A DNA stretch of 64,000 bases from Candidatus Multivoradales bacterium (GCA_965223325.1 CBDCWI010000002.1:785457-849456); one strand, 5' to 3'. Positions 8,994 to 19,451 are shown, counted from the first letter of the stretch. The notes: generated by a model not told the origin, from the sequence alone. Program-made: numbers and translations.

Positions 8994-10376
8994 TCAGTCG
9001 AGATCGGGAACTGCTTCGAACCAGCCTCCGAGCTCGTGCAGCAAGCGGAAGCCCAGGGCCAGCAGTCGATCCCCGGCACCGACCTCCACCACGGTCCCTT
9101 CCTTGGCGCCGTAGCCACCTTCGGCGGCCGCAGCCAGGGTTGGGAAGTAGCCGAGCTCGCCGTTCGCATAGCCCACGAACAAGGTTGGCATCAGGCTCTC
9201 GCGACGCAGGCGTTGGCCGAACTCGACGAAGAACTCGCCCGGGAAACTCACCACCCCTACCTGCACGGGCGCCTGGCGACTACCGAGAACCAGCGCCATC
9301 ACCTCGGCTTGCTGCTCGCGCTCGAAACGCGCCGCATAGTAGGCCAGAAGGCGCTCGGCGCCGACGCGCTCGTAGGCCGCGACGACGGCAGGGTCGTCGT
9401 AGGACCACCGGGCACTCATGGAGATCTCGCGGCGCTCGGCCGCGAGCGAACCCGGGTCGGCAAACTCGAGCCGTTCGCGCACCGTCAAGACCTCGCGAGC
9501 CACGGCTCGCCCCAGCCGCTCGACCTGAAGGAAGGCGCCGTCGGTCGGCGCGGTCTTGTCCCAGAACGGATTGATATCGCCCGCTGCGCCCTGAAGAAAC
9601 ATCGCCACGCCGCCGATCTCACCTTCGATCGCCGCCTGCATCGCGCCCGGCCAGTCGGCCGAGATCTCGAGGTTCAGTGGGCCGAGGACCACCGGGTGAC
9701 AGGGGTAGTTGACGACCGTAGCCAGCGGCTCACCCGAAGTGTCGTTGATCGCCAGAACCAGGACGGTTTCATCGACCGGCTCGGTCGCGAGACGCCCGCG
9801 GTTGCCCCAACGCATCTCGACCGAGCGATCGGGCAGCACGTGGCGCCGGTTGTGGCACTCACGGACCTTTCCCTCGCCGACCGCCAGGCGAGCGGGGCGC
9901 AGTCGCCCTGCCGCCTCAACGATGGCCTCGGCGACCTGTTTCTCGGTCGCCGTCAGCCAGGCCTCGTGATGGGGGTCGTCGAAGGTCGGGGTGGAGTGAC
10001 TGTGCGATGCCGAGAGCAAGACGGCGCCCCAGCCGAGTGATTCTTCAACCAACGTGCGGATGCGCCGGGTCTGGGCCTTTCGAATCGAACCCAGATCGAG
10101 ACTGACCAGCGCCGCTTCGGTCTCGCCATCGGACAACACCAGGACCTTGGCGTACAACCGGTCATGCACTCCCTGGGAAACGGCATCGCCCCGCGCCCCG
10201 TAGCCGTACATGCGCCCGCCAACGGGAGGCGTGATGTCGATGGCGATCGCAGCAGCACGGAGCTCTGCAGCGACACCAGGCGTCTCGACCAGCCAGATCA
10301 AGAGCGCAAACAGAGCCGCCCGCACCAGGATCGTCTGCCAGCCGTCGCTCCAGAGGCACTGGCGCGAAGCCATCAC
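8994..10376 (-). CDS. Neutral/alkaline non-lysosomal ceramidase family protein, secreted.
   Basis: Signal/TM segment followed by ceramidase-like motifs (GYGARGDAVSQGVHDRLYAKVLVL; SASHSHSTP). Its ATG overlaps the stop of the upstream peptidase gene (ATGA). Confidence 0.75.
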   Translation of the reverse strand: MMASRQCLWSDGWQTILVRAALFALLIWLVETPGVAAELRAAAIAIDITPPVGGRMYGYGARGDAVSQGVHDRLYAKVLVLSDGETEAALVSLDLGSIRKAQTRRIRTLVEESLGWGAVLLSASHSHSTPTFDDPHHEAWLTATEKQVAEAIVEAAGRLRPARLAVGEGKVRECHNRRHVLPDRSVEMRWGNRGRLATEPVDETVLVLAINDTSGEPLATVVNYPCHPVVLGPLNLEISADWPGAMQAAIEGEIGGVAMFLQGAAGDINPFWDKTAPTDGAFLQVERLGRAVAREVLTVRERLEFADPGSLAAERREISMSARWSYDDPAVVAAYERVGAERLLAYYAARFEREQQAEVMALVLGSRQAPVQVGVVSFPGEFFVEFGQRLRRESLMPTLFVGYANGELGYFPTLAAAAEGGYGAKEGTVVEVGAGDRLLALGFRLLHELGGWFEAVPDLD

Positions 10377-12628
10377 CGCTCTCTTGAGGCCGCGACGCCT
10401 GCTTCCCCATCGCGACGCGGGGTCTCGAACGCCTTGAGCAGGAAGGCGTACTGCTCGGCGGTGTCGCGGTAACGCTTGTAGCGGTCAGAGGCGCCACCGT
10501 GGCCGGCTTCCATGTCGGTATCGAGTAGCAGAAGGTTCGAGTCGACCCGTTCGGCACGTAGCTTCGCCACCCACTTGGCCGGCTCCCAGTACTGCACCTG
10601 CGAGTCGTGCAGGCCAGTAGTCACCAGAAGGTGCGGATAGGCCAGCGGCCCGACGTTGTCGTACGGCGAATACGACTTCATGTAGTGGTAGAACTCCTCG
10701 TCGCGCGGGTCGCCCCACTCATCCCATTCGCCGGTGGTCAGCGGAATCGACGAGTCGAGCATGGTGGTCACCACGTCAACGAACGGCACCGCGGCGACGA
10801 CTCCCTGGAAGAGCTCGGGACGCATGTTGATGATCGCCCCCATCAAGAGGCCGCCGGCGCTACCCCCGCGAGCAAACAGACGGTCTTTCGACGTGTACCC
10901 GTTGTCGACCAGATAGTCGGCGACATCGATGAAGTCGGTGAAGGTGTTCTTCTTGGCGAGCTTCTTGCCGTCCTCGTACCAGGCACGACCGAGCTCCTGA
11001 CCACCGCGAATGTGCGCGATTGCAAACGAGAAGCCACGATCGAGCAGACTCACGATGCTCGACCGGAACGAGGCATCGGTGCTCGAGCCGTACGAGCCGT
11101 AGGCGTAGAGCAGGAGCGGGCGAGTTCCGTCGCGCTCGAAGTCGCGCGAATAGACGATCGACACCGGCACCCTGGCGCCGTCGCGCGCCTCGACCCACAG
11201 GCGATCGGTGGCGTAGGCCCGAGGGTCGTAGCCGATGACTTCGTCCTGTTTGAGGAGGGTGCGCTCAGAACTCTCGAAGTCGTGGTCGTAGGTGGTCGGA
11301 GGCGTCGTCAGCGAGGTGTACCGATAACGCAGAGGTGCATCGGGTTCGACGTTGGCGGTCAACCAGACGTCGTAGGCCGGCTCATCGAACTCGATCTGAT
11401 AGTCGACGCTCTGTCGTTCGGGGGTCCTTCCGAGAACCCGTAGACCGAGCAGTCCCTCGCGGCGCTCACTCACGACGATGTGTTCATCAAAGAGCTCGAC
11501 GCCCTCTAAGAACACGTCGTCGCGGCCCGCGATCTCTTCACGCCAGTGCTTGCGACCCGGAGTCTCCTCGGGTGCCGAGACGAGGCGAAAGTTCTCGGCC
11601 CCATCGTTGGTGCGCAGGTACCAACGGTCACCGATGTGGTCGGCTTCGTATTCGTGCTCACCCGAGCGCTCGAGCAACACTTTCCACTCACCGGTGGGAT
11701 CGCTGGCATCAAGGTAGCGGTACTCCGAGCGCAGCGTATGGGTCGACGCGATGATGATGTAGCGCTTCGATTTCGAGCGCCCGAGCCCCATGTAGTAGGT
11801 CTCATCGGGCTCTTCGTAGACCAGCACGTCCTCGGACGGATCAGTCCCCAGGACGTGACGCAAGACCTGGTACGGGCGCAGAGTCTCTGGGTCCTGGCGC
11901 GAGTAGAAGAGCGTCTTGCCGTCGCTCGCCCACTCTGAGCTGCCGGTGGTCTGCTCGATGCGATCCGGAAAGTCCTCGCCGGTTGCGAGATTGCGCACCT
12001 CTAGCGTATAGATCCGCCGCCCGACGTCGTCACGCGCCCAGCTGATGTACTGCTGATCGGGACTCGGTTGGATGCCGCGGACCGACAAGTAGCCACCCTC
12101 GGTGAGCGCATTGGGGTCGATCATCACTTCTTCGGGACCGTCGAGTGAGCGCTTGCGGCAGTGAATCGGATAGGGCTTTCCGTCCTCGGTTCGCTGGTAG
12201 TACCAGTAGTCGCCACGACGAAAGGGAACCGTCACATCGTCTTGTCTGATGCGCCCTTTGATTTCCTCGTAGAGCTCGTCTTCGAGCGCGTCGGTATCGG
12301 CCAGCATCGCTTCGGTGTAACGGTTCTCGGCTTCGAGGTAGGCGATGACCTCGGGGTTGTCACGCTCGCGGAGCCAGTACCAGTCGTCGACCCGTACATC
12401 GCCGTGCAGCTCCATCGCATGCGCAATGCGCTTGGCGACCGGCTCGCTCGTCGCCTCGCCAGCCGGCACGACATCGGTCGTCGAGCCGGCGGTGGTGTTG
12501 CGGTCACATCCCGACATGGCGATCAGACACCCCAACAGCAGGGCCGACACCAGGCCCAGCCGACCTGGACTCTCCAGACTCGTCTTCCAGCGACGATGGG
12601 AGACGACAGCTCGATCACGGTTCGACAT
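10373..12628 (-). CDS. ptrB: Oligopeptidase B (protease II), peptidase family S9A, probable lipoprotein.
   Basis: N-terminal beta-propeller with the ptrB-like segment DDWYWLRERDNPEVIAYLEAENRYT. C-terminal alpha/beta hydrolase with GGSAGG nucleophile motif and HxxGxxDxxV-like segments. Lipobox-like LIAMSGC. Confidence 0.8.
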   Translation of the reverse strand: MSNRDRAVVSHRRWKTSLESPGRLGLVSALLLGCLIAMSGCDRNTTAGSTTDVVPAGEATSEPVAKRIAHAMELHGDVRVDDWYWLRERDNPEVIAYLEAENRYTEAMLADTDALEDELYEEIKGRIRQDDVTVPFRRGDYWYYQRTEDGKPYPIHCRKRSLDGPEEVMIDPNALTEGGYLSVRGIQPSPDQQYISWARDDVGRRIYTLEVRNLATGEDFPDRIEQTTGSSEWASDGKTLFYSRQDPETLRPYQVLRHVLGTDPSEDVLVYEEPDETYYMGLGRSKSKRYIIIASTHTLRSEYRYLDASDPTGEWKVLLERSGEHEYEADHIGDRWYLRTNDGAENFRLVSAPEETPGRKHWREEIAGRDDVFLEGVELFDEHIVVSERREGLLGLRVLGRTPERQSVDYQIEFDEPAYDVWLTANVEPDAPLRYRYTSLTTPPTTYDHDFESSERTLLKQDEVIGYDPRAYATDRLWVEARDGARVPVSIVYSRDFERDGTRPLLLYAYGSYGSSTDASFRSSIVSLLDRGFSFAIAHIRGGQELGRAWYEDGKKLAKKNTFTDFIDVADYLVDNGYTSKDRLFARGGSAGGLLMGAIINMRPELFQGVVAAVPFVDVVTTMLDSSIPLTTGEWDEWGDPRDEEFYHYMKSYSPYDNVGPLAYPHLLVTTGLHDSQVQYWEPAKWVAKLRAERVDSNLLLLDTDMEAGHGGASDRYKRYRDTAEQYAFLLKAFETPRRDGEAGVAASRER

Positions 12629-12803
12629 CGGAGACCTCTACTTTCATCACAAGACTGGCCACCGGCTGGGGTGCCGGTGCTTTCTTTCTCAGGCAACTGA
12701 ATCCCTCACGGCAGACTGGGCTGAATCGAGAAGGTGGGGAGCCCTATCGTAGCGAGACCAGAGGCTCCTGTCGCCTCACCCGAGGTCCCGGCGTCAGCCG
12801 GTC

Positions 12804-13820
12804 TCAGGGATCGAGCGTGATCTCTGCCAACTCGAGAAGTCCGTGCTGGATGACGTAGTCACGCAGCCCGGTGACCTTGCCGTCGACGATCTCGACTCGT
12901 ATTGCCCACGCAATTGTTTCTTCCGGCTCACCATCTCGCTGGCGCAGGCAAACCAAGGCGAGTTCCCCATCGACCTGGGCGACGTGTAGTCGCCAACTGC
13001 CCTCGAGCTCGGTGTAGTTGACGGTGTAGCGCTCGAAGATGAGCTCGGAGGTCCCCTCTTCGAGTACTCCGACGACGTCGAGGCGGACATCCTCTGCCAG
13101 CAGTTCGGCAAGCTCCGTCCAGTTCCTGGCGTTGAAACACTCCGCATAGCGCCCGAGCAGCTCGACATCGGCTGCGGTGAGTTCACGGCTCTCTCTAGGA
13201 CTCTCACTCGCCGACGAGATCCGGCGTAGACGCGCGCGCGCACGATGCAACGCCGACTTGACCGCGCCCACCGAGCAACCGAGGATCTCGGCGCTTTCCG
13301 CGAGCGTATGGTCGAGCACGTCTTTGAGTAGAAAAACCGCCCGCTGGCGGGCCGGCAGTTCGAGCACCAGAACCTCGAGCGCGCGCCCTGCCTGTTGGTC
13401 GAGAATCACCGACTCTTCAGCGTCGGCCTCGCGTTCGCTCTCAGACGGCGACCTCTCGCGAGGGACCTCTTCTCCACTCTCGAAGCGCCGGCGCCGCAGA
13501 ATGTCGATGCAGCGATTGTGGGCGATCCGAAACAGAAGCGGCGCCAGCGGTCGCGACGAGTCGACGGTGTCGAGACGAAAGAACGTCGTGGCCAGCGTGT
13601 CCTGGACGACATCTTCACCATCGAGGACCGAACCCAGCATGCGACTGCAGTAGCGATGCAGCTGCGGCCTTACGGCCTGAGCCTCGCTCAGGAAACGCCC
13701 CTGCGGACTCTCAGGGTCGCGGTAGAGAAGCTCAGGGACCTGGTTTTCTTCGCCTCTCAGATCGGGCGCTGCTTTGGGCTGGTTCATGGGTTGGTGCTCC
13801 AACGTTTCGGTGGTGTTCAT
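12804..13820 (-). CDS. ECF-type RNA polymerase sigma-70 factor with a C-terminal SnoaL-like extension (ECF41/SigJ-like architecture).
   Basis: Sigma region 2 (VQDTLATTFFRL...FRIAHNRCIDILRRR) and region 4 (LPARQRAVFLLKDVLDHTLAESAEILGCSVGAVKSALHRAR), then a domain of about 120 aa with a YVIQHG tail. Start at MNTTET; MNQPK at 13787 is an alternative. Confidence 0.75.
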   Translation of the reverse strand: MNTTETLEHQPMNQPKAAPDLRGEENQVPELLYRDPESPQGRFLSEAQAVRPQLHRYCSRMLGSVLDGEDVVQDTLATTFFRLDTVDSSRPLAPLLFRIAHNRCIDILRRRRFESGEEVPRERSPSESEREADAEESVILDQQAGRALEVLVLELPARQRAVFLLKDVLDHTLAESAEILGCSVGAVKSALHRARARLRRISSASESPRESRELTAADVELLGRYAECFNARNWTELAELLAEDVRLDVVGVLEEGTSELIFERYTVNYTELEGSWRLHVAQVDGELALVCLRQRDGEPEETIAWAIRVEIVDGKVTGLRDYVIQHGLLELAEITLDP

Positions 13821-14139
13821 GCGGAGTCTGTGGGCCGACGAAGCGGCCACAGCAGGGCTTATACGCCTGACTACGAACCAAGGGTGTCCCGGGATACGGC
13901 ACCGACCCTCTTTTCTGGAGTTCGGGAGGTAAAGCGCCGGGTCCCGCGGTCTCGCGGTCTCGGTTTCGACAACCCGTGTCGAAGCATCGAAGGAAAGCCG
14001 CGAGGCGTCACATTTCCGTCCCCGACACGAATCCTCCGACGACATCCAGCCGTGAGCTCTACGGTAACCCCGGCAGTAACCCCGGCTGGGTCTTATGACC
14101 CTCACTCGAAACAAACAGGTCTAAGGAGGAAAAGAACCA

Positions 14140-14807
14140 TGCAGCAGCCCGCCAACCACCACGCTCCACCCGTCTCTCCCCGAAGAGCAACCGCCACCCT
14201 CTTCCTCTGCCTCGTCGCGATGACCTTCGCGGCCACGAGCCCGGCGGCCGCAGTCGATGCCACCGCCACCTTGTCCACCGCAGAGCGCGCAGAGCTCATC
14301 GAGCTGCTCCAGAGGTCGCAGGCCGAAACTCTCGAGATGCTCGCCGAGGTCGATAACGATCAGTGGTTCCAACGCCCTCAGGAGGATCGCTGGTCAGTGG
14401 CTGAGATTGTCGAGCACCTGGTGCTTGCCGAGGGCGCGGTGCGCGGCAACGTCACCGCACTCCTCCAGGGCGAGCCGGATCCCGACTGGCAAACTCGCAA
14501 AACGCCGAGCCTCGCCGAGATGGTTCGCCTGGGGTCCGATCGGAGCCAGAAGTTCACCGCCCCCGAACCCATTCAGCCCACCGGCAAACTCGGTCGCGAG
14601 GAAGCCATCATGGCGCTGCTCGAGGTGCGCGCGGAGAGCGTACGCTACGTCCTCTCGACCGACGCTCCCCTGGCGGCCCACTCCGCCCCTTCCCCGATCG
14701 GGCAGGTTCTCGACGGTCGCGGCTGGCTCGCCCTGCTTGGTGCCCACAACGTACGCCACAATCGACAGCTCGCCGAAGTCATCGAAATCCTGGCGGCGAA
14801 CGACTGA
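14140..14807 (+). CDS. DinB/YfiT-like (DinB_2 superfamily) four-helix-bundle metalloenzyme-family protein, secreted.
   Basis: RBS AGGAGGAAAAG. Signal peptide (ATLFLCLVAMTFAATSPAAA). Conserved His motifs (WSVAEIVEHLVLAE; LGAHNVRHNRQ). The longer upstream ORF (13395..) is antisense to the sigma gene and is rejected. Confidence 0.7.
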
Positions 14808-14850
14808 AGTCGCATCGCTCCCGAGACCCCCGCCGGGCGGCCGCACCTTC

Positions 14851-15780
14851 TTAGGGAGCGGGGGTCTCGAGCGTCCTCGCTAGTTCGACTTCGGCGGCAA
14901 TGAAACCGAACGCCGGCCACCACGGCACCGCCACGATGCGTTCGAAGACTTCCCGCGCCCTCTCTGTTTCGCCAGCCAGCTGGAACCAGAGTCCTGCGCC
15001 ATAGCCCGCCGTCGCCAGGTCGAGATCACCGGTCGCCTCCTCGACGACTTCTTCGGCGGTCACCTTCCCTTGAAAGACCTGAAGGAGCCGGTGGTACCAG
15101 ACGTTTTGCAGGACATTCATGTCGGCACTGAAGGAAGCGAGCAGTCGCGAAGCCGCTTCTTCCTGGCCGTCGCGGCGCAGTGACAGGAAGAGCCAGTAGC
15201 CGGCCGCGACCCGCGAATCGTCATCGTCTGCAAGTCTGTAGCTCTCTTGATAGGCGTTACCGGCTCCCTCGAAGTCTCCCTGGAGGTAACGCGCCAGGCC
15301 CAGGTGGTACCAGATGTCGAAGTCGGAGGCGTCGAGGCTGGCGGCCCGCTCGAGGTCGGTTTCCGCCGTCTCGAACTGACGGAGCGAGATGCGCCGGTGG
15401 CCGCGATGACGATAGAGCGGCGCGTAGGCGGGGTACTTCTCGATTCCGGTATCGAGGTAGCGCAACGCATCGAGGTAGCGCCAGCGCGCAGCGGCGGCGA
15501 CGGCAAGGCCCACCGCACTCTCGGGGTCGTCAGGATTCTGCTCAGCGAACTCCACCGCCTGATTGATCGGATCGAGACCAGGGTCCGAAATGTCGAGACC
15601 GGGAGGGTGAAGCAAAGCGTGCAGTGGCTTGCCGAGCAGCGATGTCGCCTGCTTCGGCCCCCGGCCGTCGCCGAGGCCGAACACCGGCAGAGCCACGATC
15701 ATGAGAGCACCCACTGCCGCGACAACGACAGCGGCAGCTGCACGATCCAGGGCGGGGGCTCGACGGACTAAACGACGCAT
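14851..15780 (-). CDS. TPR-repeat protein, secreted/periplasmic.
   Basis: RBS AGGAGTG. N-terminal hydrophobic segment. Repeated TPR-like helices (AYAPLYRHRGHRRISLRQFETAETDLERAASLDASDFDIWYHLGLARYLQGDFEGAGNAYQESYRL). Confidence 0.6.
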   Translation of the reverse strand: MRRLVRRAPALDRAAAAVVVAAVGALMIVALPVFGLGDGRGPKQATSLLGKPLHALLHPPGLDISDPGLDPINQAVEFAEQNPDDPESAVGLAVAAAARWRYLDALRYLDTGIEKYPAYAPLYRHRGHRRISLRQFETAETDLERAASLDASDFDIWYHLGLARYLQGDFEGAGNAYQESYRLADDDDSRVAAGYWLFLSLRRDGQEEAASRLLASFSADMNVLQNVWYHRLLQVFQGKVTAEEVVEEATGDLDLATAGYGAGLWFQLAGETERAREVFERIVAVPWWPAFGFIAAEVELARTLETPAP

Positions 15781-15899
15781 GATGGGCACTCCTGGCGTGA
15801 CGGGAAGCGGATGAGTCTCGGGGAAAGTCTGCAACCGACCCAGCAGGCAACGAAAGGATCGGTCCGGCGGAGGGGGTAGCACAGAGAACAGCAGCCACT

Positions 15900-17948
15900 A
15901 TGATGCACGATCTAATGATCTGCCGCACCAAGACTCCGCAGAGGCGGCTCGAATTCTCTCTCGAAAAGCTCCTGAAGCCTCTCGCCCCATACCGACTTCG
16001 CCGCACCGGGTGCTTGGCCCTGGCGGTCGTCACAGCGACCCTTTCCCCAATGAGCCACAGCACAGCGCAGCCGTCTTCCCCCTTCGAGGAGCCGCTCTCC
16101 TACGTGGTGGACCTGACCGCCGCTCATACGCAGGAAATCGAAATCTCGCTGACCGTGCCCGGTGTCGAAGGAAACGACACCCTCGAGCTGGCGATGCCGG
16201 TCTGGCGACCGGGCCGCTACGTCGTCCTCGACCCGGCGGGTTCGGTCCGCGCCTTCACCGCGCAAGGACCCGACGGTCGCCCGCTGCGGGTTGAGAAGAT
16301 CGACAAGTCGACCTGGCGGGTGACCACCGACGGCGCCCAGAGCGTCACCGCGAGATACCGCCTCTACGCCAACTCGCTCGGTGATCGCACCCGGCATGCC
16401 GACGGCAGCCACGCATTTCTGTCAGGAGCGACGGTTTTCGTCTACCCGAAGGGGCAGCGCAACCGCCCTCTGACCGTACGCATCGAGGCAGCCAGCGACT
16501 GGCAGATCTCGAGCGGGCTCGAAACGTCTCCTTTCGACCCACGGACGCTGGTCGCTCCCACCTATGACGTGCTCGCCGACTCGCCGATCGAAGTCGGCGA
16601 GCAGGAACGCCTCGACTTTGAAGTAGGGGGCGTCCCCCACGACATCGTCATCTGGCCCACCGGCCGGCTCTACGACGGCGAACGCCTCGCGCGTGACTGG
16701 CAGAAGATCGTCGCCTACCAGGCCGACCTGTTCGGTGACATGCCCTACCAACGCTACGTCTTCCTAACCCACGTCGGCGCCGGCGCCGGCGGTGGCACCG
16801 AACACCTCAACTCGACCATCATGCAGGTCGGCCGCGAGGTCATGGAGGCCAGCCTCGACGACGGTGTGTCAGAGGACTATCAACGCCTGCTCGGCCTCGT
16901 CTCGCACGAGATGTTCCACACCTGGAACGTCAAACAGCTCCGCCCGTCTGAGATGGCGCCCTACGACTGGCAGCAGGAGAACTACTCGACGCTCTTCTGG
17001 GTCGCCGAGGGCACCACCAGCTACTACGACGACGTAACTCTCGTGCGCACCGAGCTGATCGACCTCGAGAAGTACTTCGAAGTCATCGGCGACACGATTG
17101 ATGGCCTACGCAAGCGCCCTGGTGCGCGCGTGCAGAGCCTGGCCGACTCGTCCTATGACGCCTGGGTGAAGTTCAACCGTCGTACCCCCAACGACATCAA
17201 CACCACGGTCTCCTTCTACCGCAAAGGCGCCATGGTGAGCTTGTTGATCGACCTCGAACTACGCCGTCTGTCAGACGATGCGAAGAGTCTCGACGACGTC
17301 ATGCGAGCTCTCTATCGGGGCTTCCCGCTCGCCGACGGCGGCTTCAGCGAGTCCGACCTGATTGCCGCCCTCGAGAAGACAGCCACCTCGGAGTGGCAAG
17401 ACTTCTTCGCGCGCTACGTCCACGGCACCGAAGAACTTCCGCTCGAAGAGGCGCTAGAACGCGTGGGGCTCGAGCTGGCCCTGACTGCCGACGAGCCGCC
17501 CACGAGAGACGGTGATCCCGGCAACGCCAAAACTGCGCAAGGCACGGACTCTGGAGAAACCACCTCTCAGGGAGCCCTTCCCGAGCGCGCGCGCCTCGGC
17601 GCCCGCCTTCGGGACTCCAACGGCAAGACGACGGTCACCGCAGTGCTCTCCGATGGCCCCGCATTTGCAGCCGGCCTGCATGCCGGCGACGAGATCATCG
17701 CCCTCTCCGGCCAGCGATTGACTGCCAGCACCCTAGACGATCGCTTGGAGCGTTTCGCACCCGGCGACCAGGTAACGATTCACTTTCTTCGTCACGACGA
17801 CCTTCACACCGTTGAGCTCGAGCTCGGTGCTGAACCGGCGGGTAGCTGGACGGTGAAACCGCTAGACGAGCCGAGCGCCGCCCAGAAGCGATCCTTCGAG
17901 GCCTGGCTCGAACAGCCCTGGCCAGCCGACCAGGAGGCCAGCGAGTAG
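15900..17948 (+). CDS. Peptidase M61 (glycyl aminopeptidase) family protein with a C-terminal PDZ domain.
   Basis: HExxH zinc motif (VSHEMFHTWNV). PDZ-like segment (GARLRDSNGKTTVTAVLSDGPAFAAGLHAGDEIIALSG). The precise start is uncertain, as no Met lies near the signal peptide. Confidence 0.75.
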   Translation: MMHDLMICRTKTPQRRLEFSLEKLLKPLAPYRLRRTGCLALAVVTATLSPMSHSTAQPSSPFEEPLSYVVDLTAAHTQEIEISLTVPGVEGNDTLELAMPVWRPGRYVVLDPAGSVRAFTAQGPDGRPLRVEKIDKSTWRVTTDGAQSVTARYRLYANSLGDRTRHADGSHAFLSGATVFVYPKGQRNRPLTVRIEAASDWQISSGLETSPFDPRTLVAPTYDVLADSPIEVGEQERLDFEVGGVPHDIVIWPTGRLYDGERLARDWQKIVAYQADLFGDMPYQRYVFLTHVGAGAGGGTEHLNSTIMQVGREVMEASLDDGVSEDYQRLLGLVSHEMFHTWNVKQLRPSEMAPYDWQQENYSTLFWVAEGTTSYYDDVTLVRTELIDLEKYFEVIGDTIDGLRKRPGARVQSLADSSYDAWVKFNRRTPNDINTTVSFYRKGAMVSLLIDLELRRLSDDAKSLDDVMRALYRGFPLADGGFSESDLIAALEKTATSEWQDFFARYVHGTEELPLEEALERVGLELALTADEPPTRDGDPGNAKTAQGTDSGETTSQGALPERARLGARLRDSNGKTTVTAVLSDGPAFAAGLHAGDEIIALSGQRLTASTLDDRLERFAPGDQVTIHFLRHDDLHTVELELGAEPAGSWTVKPLDEPSAAQKRSFEAWLEQPWPADQEASE

Positions 17949-17975
17949 CTGGCAGGCTCGCGCGCCGGCAGGACC

Positions 17976-19451
17976 CTAGGCGCGCGGCCGCGCGAAGTAC
18001 AAAACGCGCCCGCCCGACTCCTGGGCCTGTTCGCGGACAATGTCGAAGCGGCGACGCAAGCAGCGCTCGAAGAAGTCCTGCTCGTAGTCGGCGAAGTGAT
18101 CGTCTCGGTTGATCAGCAACCGCTTGACCATCGAGTCGGAGCGCGTCGGGAACTCGATGACCACCGCAGCGCCGTAGGACGCCAGCCAATCAATGAACTC
18201 GACCATCGGCACATTGCGCCCGATGACGATGTGGTGTACCAGGGCAAGCGCCAGAATCAGGTCAGGCGATTCGCGCTCGAGCAGCGCGCTTCGCTCACGT
18301 CCCCGCCAACCGCGGGCAGGCGATGGATCGACCAGATCGTTGACCAGCGGCAGGATCTTCGCCGCTTCGCCCTCGCCCTCGCCGCCGGCCTGGCCCCTCA
18401 GCACGTTGTAGAGCCGATCGATGGCCAGCGGGTCGATGTCCATCGCCACAGCCCGCTCGGCATGGCGCGCCGCGATGCGGGTGAAGCGGCCGGTGTTCGC
18501 CCCCAGATCCCAGACCACGGGCCAGCGCTGGCTTCTGGCAGCGTCTTCGACAAACTGCTCCTTAGCGCGATGATCGGCGCTCGAGTAGTTGTGACCGCTG
18601 CCGTCGGCGGCGTCGTAGTCGCCCCACTCGGTGCCGGCAGACTTCCACTCCAACGCCGCGATGAGCTTTCTCAGTCCGCGCGCGTTGTTGACGATCAGGT
18701 CGCGCGAGAAACCCAGCTCACGCGCCTCGCGGCGCACCGCCTGCGGTTTTGAAGCGGTCATCGAAGTGAGCTTCGCCTGGAGGTAGACGTGAGTGAACAC
18801 CCCCTTCTTCAAACGCTCTAAACCGCCAAACAGCGCACTCATCTCGGCCGGCGGAATGCCGTCGAGGGACGCGCGCAGCCAGGGTTGGAAGGGAATGTCT
18901 TTGTATGCCGTGAGCATCAACGGATAGAGGTACTGCTGGCAAAACTGTTGGTAGCCCACCCAAGGCTCGCCCGCCTCGAGCCGCGCGAAGGACGGCAGGT
19001 CAATGAACACCGGACGAGTGCCGATCCACTGAATGTTGTAGGCCGAGGAGTCCTTGAGTACGAAACCTTCGCCGAGTGCCCCCGTCAACAAGTCGAGCTG
19101 CAGGAGAGCCGCATCGCGCAGCATGCTGAACGACCATTCGTTGGGATAGGAAACCAACGGCACCCGCTGGTGCTCGAGGATTCCCGCCCACTCGAGGGCC
19201 TCGTATTCATCGCGCGGAGCGAAGTCTTGCCCCACCTCGTCGGTCACTTCGCGGGTCTCGACCACCTGGCCATCGGCCATCGCTTGCTTGATGAAGTCGG
19301 TTTGTGTGAGCGCCCGCCATTCGGCGAGGGCCCTGGCGCTCAACGCCCGATAGACACCACCGTCGCGATAGAAGACGCGCGCTTCGCGGTCCCTCCAGGA
19401 AGCGGCCTCGGCTTCGAGACCGGCCGAGGAGTCAGCCAGGGCTTTCGTCAT
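17976..19451 (-). CDS. Class I SAM-dependent methyltransferase (C-terminal domain) with an unassigned N-terminal domain of about 270 aa.
   Basis: Motif I VVWDLGANTGRFT, post-I acidic residue (AMDID), motif II/III-like segments. The N-terminal domain is not recognised. Confidence 0.6.
   Translation of the reverse strand: MTKALADSSAGLEAEAASWRDREARVFYRDGGVYRALSARALAEWRALTQTDFIKQAMADGQVVETREVTDEVGQDFAPRDEYEALEWAGILEHQRVPLVSYPNEWSFSMLRDAALLQLDLLTGALGEGFVLKDSSAYNIQWIGTRPVFIDLPSFARLEAGEPWVGYQQFCQQYLYPLMLTAYKDIPFQPWLRASLDGIPPAEMSALFGGLERLKKGVFTHVYLQAKLTSMTASKPQAVRREARELGFSRDLIVNNARGLRKLIAALEWKSAGTEWGDYDAADGSGHNYSSADHRAKEQFVEDAARSQRWPVVWDLGANTGRFTRIAARHAERAVAMDIDPLAIDRLYNVLRGQAGGEGEGEAAKILPLVNDLVDPSPARGWRGRERSALLERESPDLILALALVHHIVIGRNVPMVEFIDWLASYGAAVVIEFPTRSDSMVKRLLINRDDHFADYEQDFFERCLRRRFDIVREQAQESGGRVLYFARPRA

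Noticed and set aside
8937-10040. 367-aa ORF antisense to the ceramidase gene, and many other long antisense or overlapping ORFs (e.g. 19664..20335, 26309..27115, 27901..28887, 39539..40531, 40706..41692, 44857..46113, 47263..48186).
   Set aside because: They are Arg/Pro/Ala-rich with low complexity, as expected for spurious ORFs on the opposite strand of genes in a 68% GC genome. Each overlaps a gene with clear family motifs.
13395-14139. Long upstream extension of the DinB-family ORF (470-aa ORF).
   Set aside because: It is antisense to the ECF sigma gene. A good RBS and signal peptide begin at 14140.
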